Below, piece after piece: positions 1 through 8,439 of a DNA stretch of 64,000 nucleotides; the first letter of the stretch is position 1; each line of letters starts with the position of its first letter. Both the position numbers and the translations under genes were made by a program. Origin of the DNA: a virus. The DNA is taken from the IMG/VR virus record IMGVR_UViG_3300011187_000003, positions 1 through 64,000 of that record. One strand, 5' to 3'. The notes beneath the pieces were generated by a model. That model worked only from the letters and a program-made list of their open reading frames with translations. It was not told where the DNA came from and searched no databases.

Positions 1-1371
1 AAAGTAATTACCTATGATAAAGCAGGAAATTCATCAGCTGATGGTTTTTATACCATGACTACAGATGATATTACTGAGCCTGTAATTGGCTACAATGTAA
101 ACTCTACTAGCTGGCAAAACACTGATGTAGACGAAACAGTTAATGTAGATGATGCAGGAGGCTCAGGAGTAGCAAACGCATGGTATAAGTGGACTAATTC
201 AGCCACACAACCTACTGATGGATGGGTAGTAATGGGTACAACTACAGACTTCTCTACACCACAATCACAGGAAGGTAAATGGTACTTACACATAAAAGCT
301 ACTGATAACTATGATAACACAGCGTACGACTACTCAGGAGCCTATAAGATTGATAAAACAGTACCAACTATCTCATCTACTAATATCTCAATTGACTCCC
401 CTACTGGCATTTATGATACATATACAGCTACAGTAACATGGACTATTGAAGATGACAGAGCAGGAGTAGATAGAACAGAGATAGGCTTTTATGTAGATGG
501 AACATGGTATTATGATGAGACCAACTTACCTGATGGAATAACAGCAGATATAGATATGGATAATGTAACAGGTAATGGTAGTAAGACAGCTACATTTAGT
601 AATGTACCTAGAGAGATTGATATTGCCACTAGTTGGCAAGGGTATGACATTGCGACTAATGAAACAGTTGAAGAGCAGAGTGAAACAGTTTATACACCTA
701 GAATATATGAAACATATACTACAGTTACACCAACTTCATATGAGATAGGAAAGACAGATACTTTAATTATTCCTACTGAATATGAAATAGGAATCACTGA
801 TAGTACTCAATCACCTAGTGAGTATATAATTGATGTGCTTTCAAAATCAACTTCAGCACCTAGTGTTTATGGAATAGGACTGACTCAAGCATCAACCATA
901 GCTCCTAGTGAATATGAGATAGGCATTACTGATTCAAAATCAGCCCCTAGTCTTTACGACATCATTGCCTTATATGATGAACCTATATTAGTTAGTGGTA
1001 AATACAAACAAGGCTTAAGAATAGGAACATCAGATATTGAGGTAGATGTTAGTGAATTTTCAGGTGGCTGGACAATGCACTTATTCAGAAGAGGAGAGCA
1101 AGATAAAGAATTTAGAGATATATTCGCTCTTTCAAGTGGGGATGTATATATAGATGGTGAAGTAGATGAATCCTATGACACTAGCTGGTTTACACACACT
1201 GAAGATAAAATAACAATTAAAAGTGGTGCAATAGATATAGATGAGTTATTAATTATACCATATGAATTAGTACCATCAGAGATAAAGACATTAACAGGTT
1301 CTGCTTTCTATGACACTAGTCCAAATATAACGATTGGCAAACCTAGTACAGCAAATATGGAGGTTTTATAA
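1..1371 (+). CDS. Tail/baseplate-associated structural protein, 5'-truncated
   Basis: Frame open from base 1; Thr/Asp-rich Ig-like segments (WYLHIKATD..N, DKAGN), repeated PS.Y.IG motif; lies upstream of the lysis genes. Confidence 0.6.
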   Translation, partial: KVITYDKAGNSSADGFYTMTTDDITEPVIGYNVNSTSWQNTDVDETVNVDDAGGSGVANAWYKWTNSATQPTDGWVVMGTTTDFSTPQSQEGKWYLHIKATDNYDNTAYDYSGAYKIDKTVPTISSTNISIDSPTGIYDTYTATVTWTIEDDRAGVDRTEIGFYVDGTWYYDETNLPDGITADIDMDNVTGNGSKTATFSNVPREIDIATSWQGYDIATNETVEEQSETVYTPRIYETYTTVTPTSYEIGKTDTLIIPTEYEIGITDSTQSPSEYIIDVLSKSTSAPSVYGIGLTQASTIAPSEYEIGITDSKSAPSLYDIIALYDEPILVSGKYKQGLRIGTSDIEVDVSEFSGGWTMHLFRRGEQDKEFRDIFALSSGDVYIDGEVDESYDTSWFTHTEDKITIKSGAIDIDELLIIPYELVPSEIKTLTGSAFYDTSPNITIGKPSTANMEVL

Positions 1372-1372
1372 A

Positions 1373-2593
1373 ATGGCAAAGGTATATAAGGATATTTACA
1401 TAGATTGGGACTGGACTGGAGATAATAATTTACTGAAGGGGTTTAATGTTGGAATTACCCCTTCCAGTGGTGACCCTAAGCATGATGCAATTATTATTCA
1501 AAAGACAAGTGCAGAAAAAACTGATATAAAAGATAAAGGTACAGAGCAGTATGAACATATTTTTAGAAATGTAATACTAGAGAAAGGTGTTGAACATATT
1601 GCATGGGTACAGGCATTAACTGAAGGAGACGACAGTGACTGGTTAAGTACTAACAAAATGGTAGTAGCAGATGATGGAACAGCTACAGTTGCTACTACAG
1701 ATGCAGATGGTAATCCTATTACAGCTTCAAGTGGAGATGTAGTAATTGACAACAGTGGTATTAGTATTGCCAATGGTAAACTAACCATTAATGGCTCTCA
1801 AGGAGCTAGCCAAGATGATGTTAGCAGTACGAAAACAGATGTTGAGAATTATGCAGATGGTGTTGCTGATACTGCTGAGGAAAATGCCAAAAACTATGCA
1901 CAGGCTAAAATACCAAAATCTATGACAGCACCAAGTAACCCGAATGATGGTGACTTATGGATAGACATTACCCCCATCCCTAACATCTTAAAAAGATACG
2001 AGTCAGATACAACTAGTTGGGTTAAATTAACACCTACTAGCCCTAATGATGTAGGAGCAGAGGGAGAGATAATTAAATCTAGCACAGCACCAAATAGCCC
2101 CTATACAGGTAAGTTATGGGTAGATACATCTATGTCACCTAGTGCACTTAAAAGATACAATGGTACATCTTGGGAGACAACAAGAATAACTGATACATCA
2201 CAAGTAAACGATGGTGCAGGATTAGGAAGTACAGCAGATTGGACACAAGTTAATGATGATGGTGGTAAACCTGTAGATAATGCGACTCCTAATGATTTTG
2301 ATTTATATGTAGGAATAGGTGGTGGTGGAGATGTAAGGATAGACTCAGATGGGCTAACCATAAACAATGGAAAGTTAACCATTAATGGTTCTACTCCTGA
2401 TAAGACATCTGAGAATCATGCTAAAGACCAACATGACTTTGACCAGCTGGAAGGAAGTGCTGGTAAGATAACAATTAATAGTGATGGAATAACAGCAGAG
2501 AACAGTGATGGATATAAAACAGTTGATATTGGCTCTGAACAAGGGGATGCTTTCTTTTCAGGTGATGTTGTTGGAGCAGTATATAATGAATAA
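1373..2593 (+). CDS. Tail fibre/host-specificity-type protein
   Basis: GGAGG RBS before ATG 1373; repeated AP..P..G.LW.D and ID..G++I.NGKLTING motifs typical of tail proteins. Confidence 0.65.
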   Translation: MAKVYKDIYIDWDWTGDNNLLKGFNVGITPSSGDPKHDAIIIQKTSAEKTDIKDKGTEQYEHIFRNVILEKGVEHIAWVQALTEGDDSDWLSTNKMVVADDGTATVATTDADGNPITASSGDVVIDNSGISIANGKLTINGSQGASQDDVSSTKTDVENYADGVADTAEENAKNYAQAKIPKSMTAPSNPNDGDLWIDITPIPNILKRYESDTTSWVKLTPTSPNDVGAEGEIIKSSTAPNSPYTGKLWVDTSMSPSALKRYNGTSWETTRITDTSQVNDGAGLGSTADWTQVNDDGGKPVDNATPNDFDLYVGIGGGGDVRIDSDGLTINNGKLTINGSTPDKTSENHAKDQHDFDQLEGSAGKITINSDGITAENSDGYKTVDIGSEQGDAFFSGDVVGAVYNE

Positions 2594-2616
2594 TTTAAAT
2601 AAATGTATAGTATTGG

Positions 2617-2645
2617 TTGAAAAAGTATAATGTTTTGTGTATAAT
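2617..2645 (+). promoter_or_regulatory. Promoter TTGAAA-17-TATAAT upstream of the Cys-repeat/radical SAM operon
   Basis: tggTTGAAA...tgtgTATAATaata; the same motif recurs at five other intergenic sites in the window. Confidence 0.65.
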
Positions 2646-2679
2646 AATATTAGAAAAGGAAAGAGGGAGGTGATATTTA

Positions 2680-4170
2680 ATGTCATATTGTGGTTCAGGA
2701 GATACAACTTCTTGGACTGACCCCTCTTTGGTGGCAAATAAAGCATCAGTTAGAGGAATACATATGAGGGAGTTAAGGAAAGCAGTTCAAGAATTTCATG
2801 TAGAAACTGCAGGTGGTGATGCTGGCAAAAGAGTCATTTGGGATAAAAATGATAACAACTGCACAACAGGAGAGTCAACAAGTTCTCCTAATTATGGAGT
2901 TGTTGACAAGGTTACTACTATAAAAGCTAAACATATAACACAACTTAGAAATATTTTAGATTCATATTCTAATTTGCAGGGGTTCTCATCCTTCTATTGG
3001 GAAGAAGATGATGTTAGTGGTGGCATTACAAAAATTAGAGCTACACATATTAAAAGATTAAGAAATGCAGTTAACCTAATAGAAGAAAGGGGAGCGCTTA
3101 ATTGTGAAAACTGTCAAACTTCTTATGAATACAATCCATGTGGCTCATCATGCCAAACAACTTCAGAAACAAACCCTTGTCAAACATGTGAATCAGTAAT
3201 TGAAGGATATGATTGTGACTCAAATTGTCAGGTTTCTTGCCAAAGAACCTGCCAGCTATGTGAAGCTTGCACAGAGACTGGTTGTGAAACTGGTTGTGAG
3301 GTAGCATGTGAATCGACTTGTGAAAAATCATGTCAAACCTCTACACAAACTTGCTCTACATGCGATATAAGTTGTCAAACAGCATGTGAAACTGACCCAT
3401 GTCAAGTTTGCCAAAGTACCTGTGAGTCAAGTTGTCAAAGTGGCTGTGAAGATAGCTGTGAGGGTACATGTGAGAATACATGCGAAACTGCATGTGAAGA
3501 TAGCTGTCAGGCTACTTGTCAGTCAGTTTGCCAAACTCAATGTGAGGCTGATTGCCAACAGGCATGTGAGTTATTCTGTGAGACAACCTGCGAACAATCA
3601 TGTGAAAGCTCTTGTGACACAGGGTGCGAAGATGCCTGTGAGGAAGGTTGTGAAACTAGTTGTGAAGTAAGTTGTCAGGACAGTTGTGAAACTGGATGTA
3701 TGACAACATGTGAAATTGGTTGCCAAATGTCATGTGAGCTTATGTGTGAAGATGCATGTGAGATAAACTGCATGACTGCTTGTGAGACTGGTTGTCAACT
3801 TTTATGTGAAATGAGTTGCCAAACAACTTGTGAACAATATTGTCAAGTAGGCTGTGAGGTAAGCTGTGAAACAGGATGTGAAGTTTCTTGTGAGGAAGGC
3901 TGTGAGGTAAGCTGTGAAACAGGATGTGAAGTAAGTTGTCAGGACAGTTGTGAAACTGGATGTATGACAACATGTGAAATTGGGTGTGAAACTGGTTGTC
4001 AGGTTAATTGTCAATATGCTTGTGAGTATGAATCTCAGCACAGTGACCACAGTGACCACAGTGACCACAGTGACCACAGTGACCACAGTGACCACAGTGA
4101 CCACAGTGATTATTCAAATACATGGTCAGGAGATGCACCAGGATGTGGTACAGGTGATACAATTGGCTAA
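2680..4170 (+). CDS. Cys-rich repeat protein (74 Cys in C(E/Q)xx register plus (HSD)8); putative radical SAM substrate
   Basis: GGAGGTG RBS; N-terminal domain with three I(K/R)A.H+..LR repeats; Cys core 3103-4023; directly upstream of three radical SAM genes. Confidence 0.85.
   Translation: MSYCGSGDTTSWTDPSLVANKASVRGIHMRELRKAVQEFHVETAGGDAGKRVIWDKNDNNCTTGESTSSPNYGVVDKVTTIKAKHITQLRNILDSYSNLQGFSSFYWEEDDVSGGITKIRATHIKRLRNAVNLIEERGALNCENCQTSYEYNPCGSSCQTTSETNPCQTCESVIEGYDCDSNCQVSCQRTCQLCEACTETGCETGCEVACESTCEKSCQTSTQTCSTCDISCQTACETDPCQVCQSTCESSCQSGCEDSCEGTCENTCETACEDSCQATCQSVCQTQCEADCQQACELFCETTCEQSCESSCDTGCEDACEEGCETSCEVSCQDSCETGCMTTCEIGCQMSCELMCEDACEINCMTACETGCQLLCEMSCQTTCEQYCQVGCEVSCETGCEVSCEEGCEVSCETGCEVSCQDSCETGCMTTCEIGCETGCQVNCQYACEYESQHSDHSDHSDHSDHSDHSDHSDHSDYSNTWSGDAPGCGTGDTIG
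3661..3983 (+). repeat. Internal exact duplications in the Cys-repeat gene
   Basis: 3661-3719 recurs at 3925-3983; 3850-3884 recurs at 3898-3932. Confidence 0.85.
4039..4110 (+). repeat. Tandem repeat (CACAGTGAC)x8 encoding (His-Ser-Asp)8
   Basis: Eight 9-bp units read directly, last unit ends GAT. Confidence 0.97.
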
Positions 4171-4192
4171 AAAGAACAAAAGGAGGGGTATT

Positions 4193-5041
4193 TTGTACCT
4201 TGATTTACATATCACAAAAAGATGTAACTTAGATTGTAAACATTGCTATTTAAGCAGTAAAGAAAAAGAGCAGGGTAGTGATATGAGTTTTAAAGTACTA
4301 AAAAACATAGCAAATAATTACTTAAATATTAATCATCCTTCTACAGCAGAGAAAAGAATTATAATAAGTGGGGGAGAACCAACATTACACCCTGAAATTG
4401 ATAGATTTTTATCTTACATTAATAAAGTTTATGATGGAAGATTAATTATTCCCTCTAATGGAGTAGGTGTAAAGAGGCTGCTTGACACTGGAGCAGTCTC
4501 TAAACAAAATAGAATACAAATTAGCTTAGATGGCAATAAAAAAATACATGATTCTATAAGGGGAGAAGGTAGTTTTGGAACTGCTATAGAAGCGTTAAGG
4601 GAGCTAAAAAGAAGAGGGTTTAAAACACATATATTTTTTACTATCAACCAACATAATGAGCATACATTCTCAGAAGTTAAGAGGATAGCAAAAGGTCTTG
4701 GTGTAAAGGTCTTTCTTAATTACTACCATAGTGTAGACAACACAAAAGACAGCTTGGGGATGATAAGTAAGTCAAAGTTTATAAAATATTTAAAGAATTA
4801 TAACAATACAAATAAATGCTATTTAAATAATTGTGTTGCTGGGATAGAAGGATGTGTTGTTATGCCAAATGGTGAATATTATGACTGCACAAGGAACATG
4901 AAATACTTAGGAAAGTACCCATCAAAATTAGAAGAGGTTTTGTTGATGAGTAGAGCCAAGGACTATGACTATAAAAACCCTTGTAATACTTGTATGTCAC
5001 TAGAGGTTGATAATTTTGAATTTAGTTGTTTAGGAAGGTAG
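4193..5041 (+). CDS. Radical SAM protein 1 with short Cys-rich C-terminal (twitch/SPASM-like) domain
   Basis: AGGAGG then TTG 4193 (ORF-track start 3974 is spurious); CNLDCKHC, SGGEP, ISLDG, C-terminal CYLNNCVAG...C...C..C. Confidence 0.9.
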   Translation: MYLDLHITKRCNLDCKHCYLSSKEKEQGSDMSFKVLKNIANNYLNINHPSTAEKRIIISGGEPTLHPEIDRFLSYINKVYDGRLIIPSNGVGVKRLLDTGAVSKQNRIQISLDGNKKIHDSIRGEGSFGTAIEALRELKRRGFKTHIFFTINQHNEHTFSEVKRIAKGLGVKVFLNYYHSVDNTKDSLGMISKSKFIKYLKNYNNTNKCYLNNCVAGIEGCVVMPNGEYYDCTRNMKYLGKYPSKLEEVLLMSRAKDYDYKNPCNTCMSLEVDNFEFSCLGR

Positions 5042-5051
5042 GGGATAGATA

Positions 5052-5936
5052 TTGTTTATTGATTTACATGTGACTGAAAGATGCAACCTTAGATGTAAAC
5101 ATTGCTATCTTGATGAGGAGTACTTTGAGAATGGAAAGCAAATGTCATTTGATATGTACACTTCATTAGTAGATAAGCTTTACACAATGGAACACAAAGA
5201 TGACCATAGAAAGGTCTACTTAAGTGGTGGGGAATGTACTACCCACCCAAGAATTGGAGATATGATTAAGTATATTCATTATAAATATAATGATTCTATA
5301 GCAATGGTAACAAATGGCTATAAAATTCCTGAATTATTAAAGGGGACTGCACTTACCCCTGATGATGGCCTCTCTATTAGCCTAGATGGTAATAAAGAGG
5401 TTCATAATTGGGTAAGGGGGGATGGTTCCTTTCAACAGGTCAAAGAGGCACTAAAAGCTTTACAGAACCATAATCACCATAATTATAATTTACACCTTAC
5501 TGTTCATCAAAAAAACATAGACCAAGTTGAAGAGGTTTGTGAGTTTGGTAAAAAGTATGGCGCAGGTATGGTTGGGATTAACTTCTTTCAACCAGTTAGG
5601 GGAGAGGAGCATCCATTTGACTCTGTGTCACTAGACCAATATTGGGATGCAGTAGAAACTGCAAAAGAATATTTTGGTCACAAGAAATACAGGACACCAT
5701 GTTATGTGAATGGTTGTCATGCAGGAATAGATGCTCTAGCAATATTACCTGATGGTACTTATTGGGATTGTGCTAGAAACCAAAAAGAATTAGGTAAGTA
5801 TCCTGAAGATTTTGAAAAAGCTATATATAGAAACTTGCTTGAATTATATGGAAAAAGGGACTCTAGGGAAACATGCATGAAGGGATATGTGGAAACTATA
5901 GGAGAAATAAAAAACTATAAGGGAGAGGATAATTAA
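5052..5936 (+). CDS. Radical SAM protein 2, paralogue of protein 1
   Basis: CNLRCKHC, SGGE, ISLDG, CYVNGCHAG...DC...C; colinear with 4193-5041. Confidence 0.92.
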   Translation: MFIDLHVTERCNLRCKHCYLDEEYFENGKQMSFDMYTSLVDKLYTMEHKDDHRKVYLSGGECTTHPRIGDMIKYIHYKYNDSIAMVTNGYKIPELLKGTALTPDDGLSISLDGNKEVHNWVRGDGSFQQVKEALKALQNHNHHNYNLHLTVHQKNIDQVEEVCEFGKKYGAGMVGINFFQPVRGEEHPFDSVSLDQYWDAVETAKEYFGHKKYRTPCYVNGCHAGIDALAILPDGTYWDCARNQKELGKYPEDFEKAIYRNLLELYGKRDSRETCMKGYVETIGEIKNYKGEDN

Positions 5937-5937
5937 T

Positions 5938-7248
5938 ATGGAGAACAATAACTTTAAGGAAATTTCAAACATTTCACTATTATTAACTGAGGATTGTAAC
6001 TTTAGATGTGAGTATTGCTTTATTGACAAAAACCCTAGTGAAATATCACTTGAAACTGCTAAAGATGCAGTTGATTGGCTGGTAGGGCAAAATGAAAATG
6101 ATAGATTACATATTAACTTTTTTGGAGGAGAACCAATGTTGAAGTTTGACCTAATCAAAAAAATTGTTCTATATGCAGAAAATAACTATGATAGACAATT
6201 TGGTTTTGGTGTAACAACTAATGGTTCTTTATTTAATGATGAAAGATTAGACTTCTTTGAAGAGCATAATATGTCAGCACTATTTTCTATAGATGGTATT
6301 GAAGAAGTACATAATAGACATAGGAAATATAAGGATGGCTCAGGAACTTTTAAAGATGTTGAAGAGAACATGAAAAAATGTGTAGAAAGAGGGATATCAA
6401 GAGTAGGTAGGCCAACATATACTCCTGAAACCTTACCACATTTATATGAAACAGTTAAATATCTACTGGATGAGATTGGGTTTAAGTCTGTATCACCAAC
6501 ACCAGCTGTAGATGGTTTCATTGAGTTTACTGAGGAAGATTATGAGGAGTATGACAAGCAATGGAAGAAAATTAATAAGTATTTTAAAGATAGCATCCTA
6601 ATGGAAGAGGATGTAGGTTTAGGGTATTACAGCAAATGCTTTAGACAGCATTTTGGACAACATAAAATGCAAACTCCATGTGGTGCAGGTAAAAAGTATG
6701 TAGGTATCAATCATAAAGGAGATATCTTTCCCTGTCACAGATTCGTGCAATGGCAAGAATGGAAGTTAGGTGATGTTTATGATGGCATAAAATATAATCA
6801 AAGAAGAAGTATTTTTCATGACTTTCATAATGATGATACTAGTGAAGAGTGCAGGAAGTGTGATAATAAATTCTGTGGTGGTGGATGTTTTGCAGTAAAC
6901 TATTCTACTACAGGAGATATTCATAAAACCAGTAAGGATAGCTGTAAGCTATCTAAATTACAGTGGGATAATGCAATGGATATTTATGAAGAGCTTAAGA
7001 TGTCAAATAAATTCCAACAAAAATATAGTCAATATATTGAAAATGCCCCTGAAGAAATAAAAGAAGAGATTGGGTATAATGATGAAGAAAAAAGAGATAA
7101 CAAACAAAGCAGGGACAAACAACAGTATCAATCCTCACAAAAGAGTAATGATATTGAGGAGCTAAAGAAAAGGGTTGATAATTTAGAGCAAGCAGTATCA
7201 TCAATTAGTAATATTATACTAGAAAATTCTAAGGAGGAAGGTAGATAA
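5938..7248 (+). CDS. Radical SAM/SPASM peptide maturase-like protein 3
   Basis: CNFRCEYC, FFGGEP, TTNG, SIDG; full SPASM CGAG...IFPCHRF...C..C....CGGGC...C; C-terminal coiled coil. Confidence 0.93.
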   Translation: MENNNFKEISNISLLLTEDCNFRCEYCFIDKNPSEISLETAKDAVDWLVGQNENDRLHINFFGGEPMLKFDLIKKIVLYAENNYDRQFGFGVTTNGSLFNDERLDFFEEHNMSALFSIDGIEEVHNRHRKYKDGSGTFKDVEENMKKCVERGISRVGRPTYTPETLPHLYETVKYLLDEIGFKSVSPTPAVDGFIEFTEEDYEEYDKQWKKINKYFKDSILMEEDVGLGYYSKCFRQHFGQHKMQTPCGAGKKYVGINHKGDIFPCHRFVQWQEWKLGDVYDGIKYNQRRSIFHDFHNDDTSEECRKCDNKFCGGGCFAVNYSTTGDIHKTSKDSCKLSKLQWDNAMDIYEELKMSNKFQQKYSQYIENAPEEIKEEIGYNDEEKRDNKQSRDKQQYQSSQKSNDIEELKKRVDNLEQAVSSISNIILENSKEEGR

Positions 7249-7568
7249 TGACAAAAGTTATTTTAAAAGATGCAGACAACACAGAACTATTTAGTAAGGC
7301 AGATAGTGAGTTTGAAAAAGCAGAGATTCTTAAGAGAAAAAGAACCAATGAAGGAGTGGTAGAACTCTTCTCGTTAGAACTTCCAATAGGTCAAGACACA
7401 TTTTTAGAGCAATACAACTCTCTCTCAGAAGGTACTATTGTATTTTCTGATGAAGAGGCTGGAATAAACAAAGGGTTAGAAATTAATGAGGTTGATGAGT
7501 ACAAAATATCAACTAATAGAAGTGGTCAGCTTGTAGAGGTACTTAGTTTCGCAGGCCAAATTCAATAA
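7248..7568 (+). CDS. Hypothetical protein, coupled to radical SAM 3
   Basis: AAGGAGG RBS, TAATG stop/start overlap. Confidence 0.75.
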   Translation: MTKVILKDADNTELFSKADSEFEKAEILKRKRTNEGVVELFSLELPIGQDTFLEQYNSLSEGTIVFSDEEAGINKGLEINEVDEYKISTNRSGQLVEVLSFAGQIQ

Positions 7569-7621
7569 CTAAAAGGGGTGAGACTCCCCTCCTCTGTTTG
7601 CAGTTAAATATTCAGAATATT

Positions 7622-7858
7622 ATGAAAAGGAGTGATAATTTGGGAAGAGATAAGAAGTTACACTTTTTAGTTGGTGCTTTAATTGCCCTTATTGGTGGGG
7701 TTGTAATTTCCCCACTGACAGGCTTTATCTTAGCCTCTATAGCAGGAGTAGTTAAAGATGTTGGTTACGACCTAATACTAGACAAAGGGTGTTTTGAGGT
7801 ACTAGACATTGTTTACACAGTACTAGGGGGTTTATTAATATATATTATTTTAATTTAA
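7622..7858 (+). CDS. Small membrane protein (holin-like), start uncertain
   Basis: DK..HF motif, two to three hydrophobic segments, precedes the endolysin. Confidence 0.6.
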   Translation: MKRSDNLGRDKKLHFLVGALIALIGGVVISPLTGFILASIAGVVKDVGYDLILDKGCFEVLDIVYTVLGGLLIYIILI

Positions 7859-7871
7859 AAGGAGTGATTAA

Positions 7872-8438
7872 ATGATAATTGCACTAGATGCTGGACATGG
7901 GGCAAATGATGGGGGGGCTGTTGATGGAATAGGTGATGATGAGATTTACGAGGATGAGATTTACACTGAAGAAAGTGAGTTAGTATTAAGATACACTAAA
8001 GTACTTAAACAAAAGCTTGAAAGTAAATATGATATCTTACTCACTAGACATGACGATACATTTATCCCACTACATTGCAGAACAGATATAGCAGATGCTA
8101 ATGGAGCTGACCTATTTATCTCCATACATGCTAATTCTTTCTCAGACAGTGATGCAAAAGGTGCTGAGACGATTCATTACCCTACAAGTACAAAAGGCCA
8201 ACAGTTAGCTGTAACTGTACAGAATGGCCTTGTACGAGCCACAGGAGCAGTTGATAGAGGTACAAAGGGTAGAAATAACCTGTATGTACTTGAAGAAGTA
8301 CAAGCACCTGCAATATTAATTGAGTTAGGGTTTATATCAAACCCTGAAGAAGAAGAAAAATTACATAATGAAGAATATTTAGATAAAGCAACTAATGGAA
8401 TAGTTGAAGGAATTAACAAATACATAGAGAGGTGTTAG
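7872..8438 (+). CDS. N-acetylmuramoyl-L-alanine amidase (Amidase_3) endolysin
   Basis: LDAGHG, E, FISIHAN, ILIELGFISN motifs; no cell-wall binding domain. Confidence 0.95.
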   Translation: MIIALDAGHGANDGGAVDGIGDDEIYEDEIYTEESELVLRYTKVLKQKLESKYDILLTRHDDTFIPLHCRTDIADANGADLFISIHANSFSDSDAKGAETIHYPTSTKGQQLAVTVQNGLVRATGAVDRGTKGRNNLYVLEEVQAPAILIELGFISNPEEEEKLHNEEYLDKATNGIVEGINKYIERC

Positions 8439-8439
8439 G

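Noticed and set aside
4039-4110. His-Xaa-Ser (HxsA) repeat system or CRISPR array
   Set aside because: Register is H-S-D, not H-x-S; no HxsD-like gene recognised; 9-bp tandem units have no spacers
2680-4170. Eukaryotic keratin-associated or metallothionein contamination
   Set aside because: Bacterial RBS and promoter, phage-like codon usage, tight coupling to radical SAM genes
3974-4192. N-terminal (VTT)n extension of radical SAM 1 in the ORF track
   Set aside because: Alternative-frame reading of the HSD repeat; RBS plus TTG at 4193 and alignment with the paralogue give the real start
4193-7248. Radical SAM genes as QueE/7-deazaguanine DNA modification or NrdG activase
   Set aside because: No queC/queD/folE/dpdA or nrdD in the window; the SPASM domain and adjacent Cys substrate fit peptide maturases better
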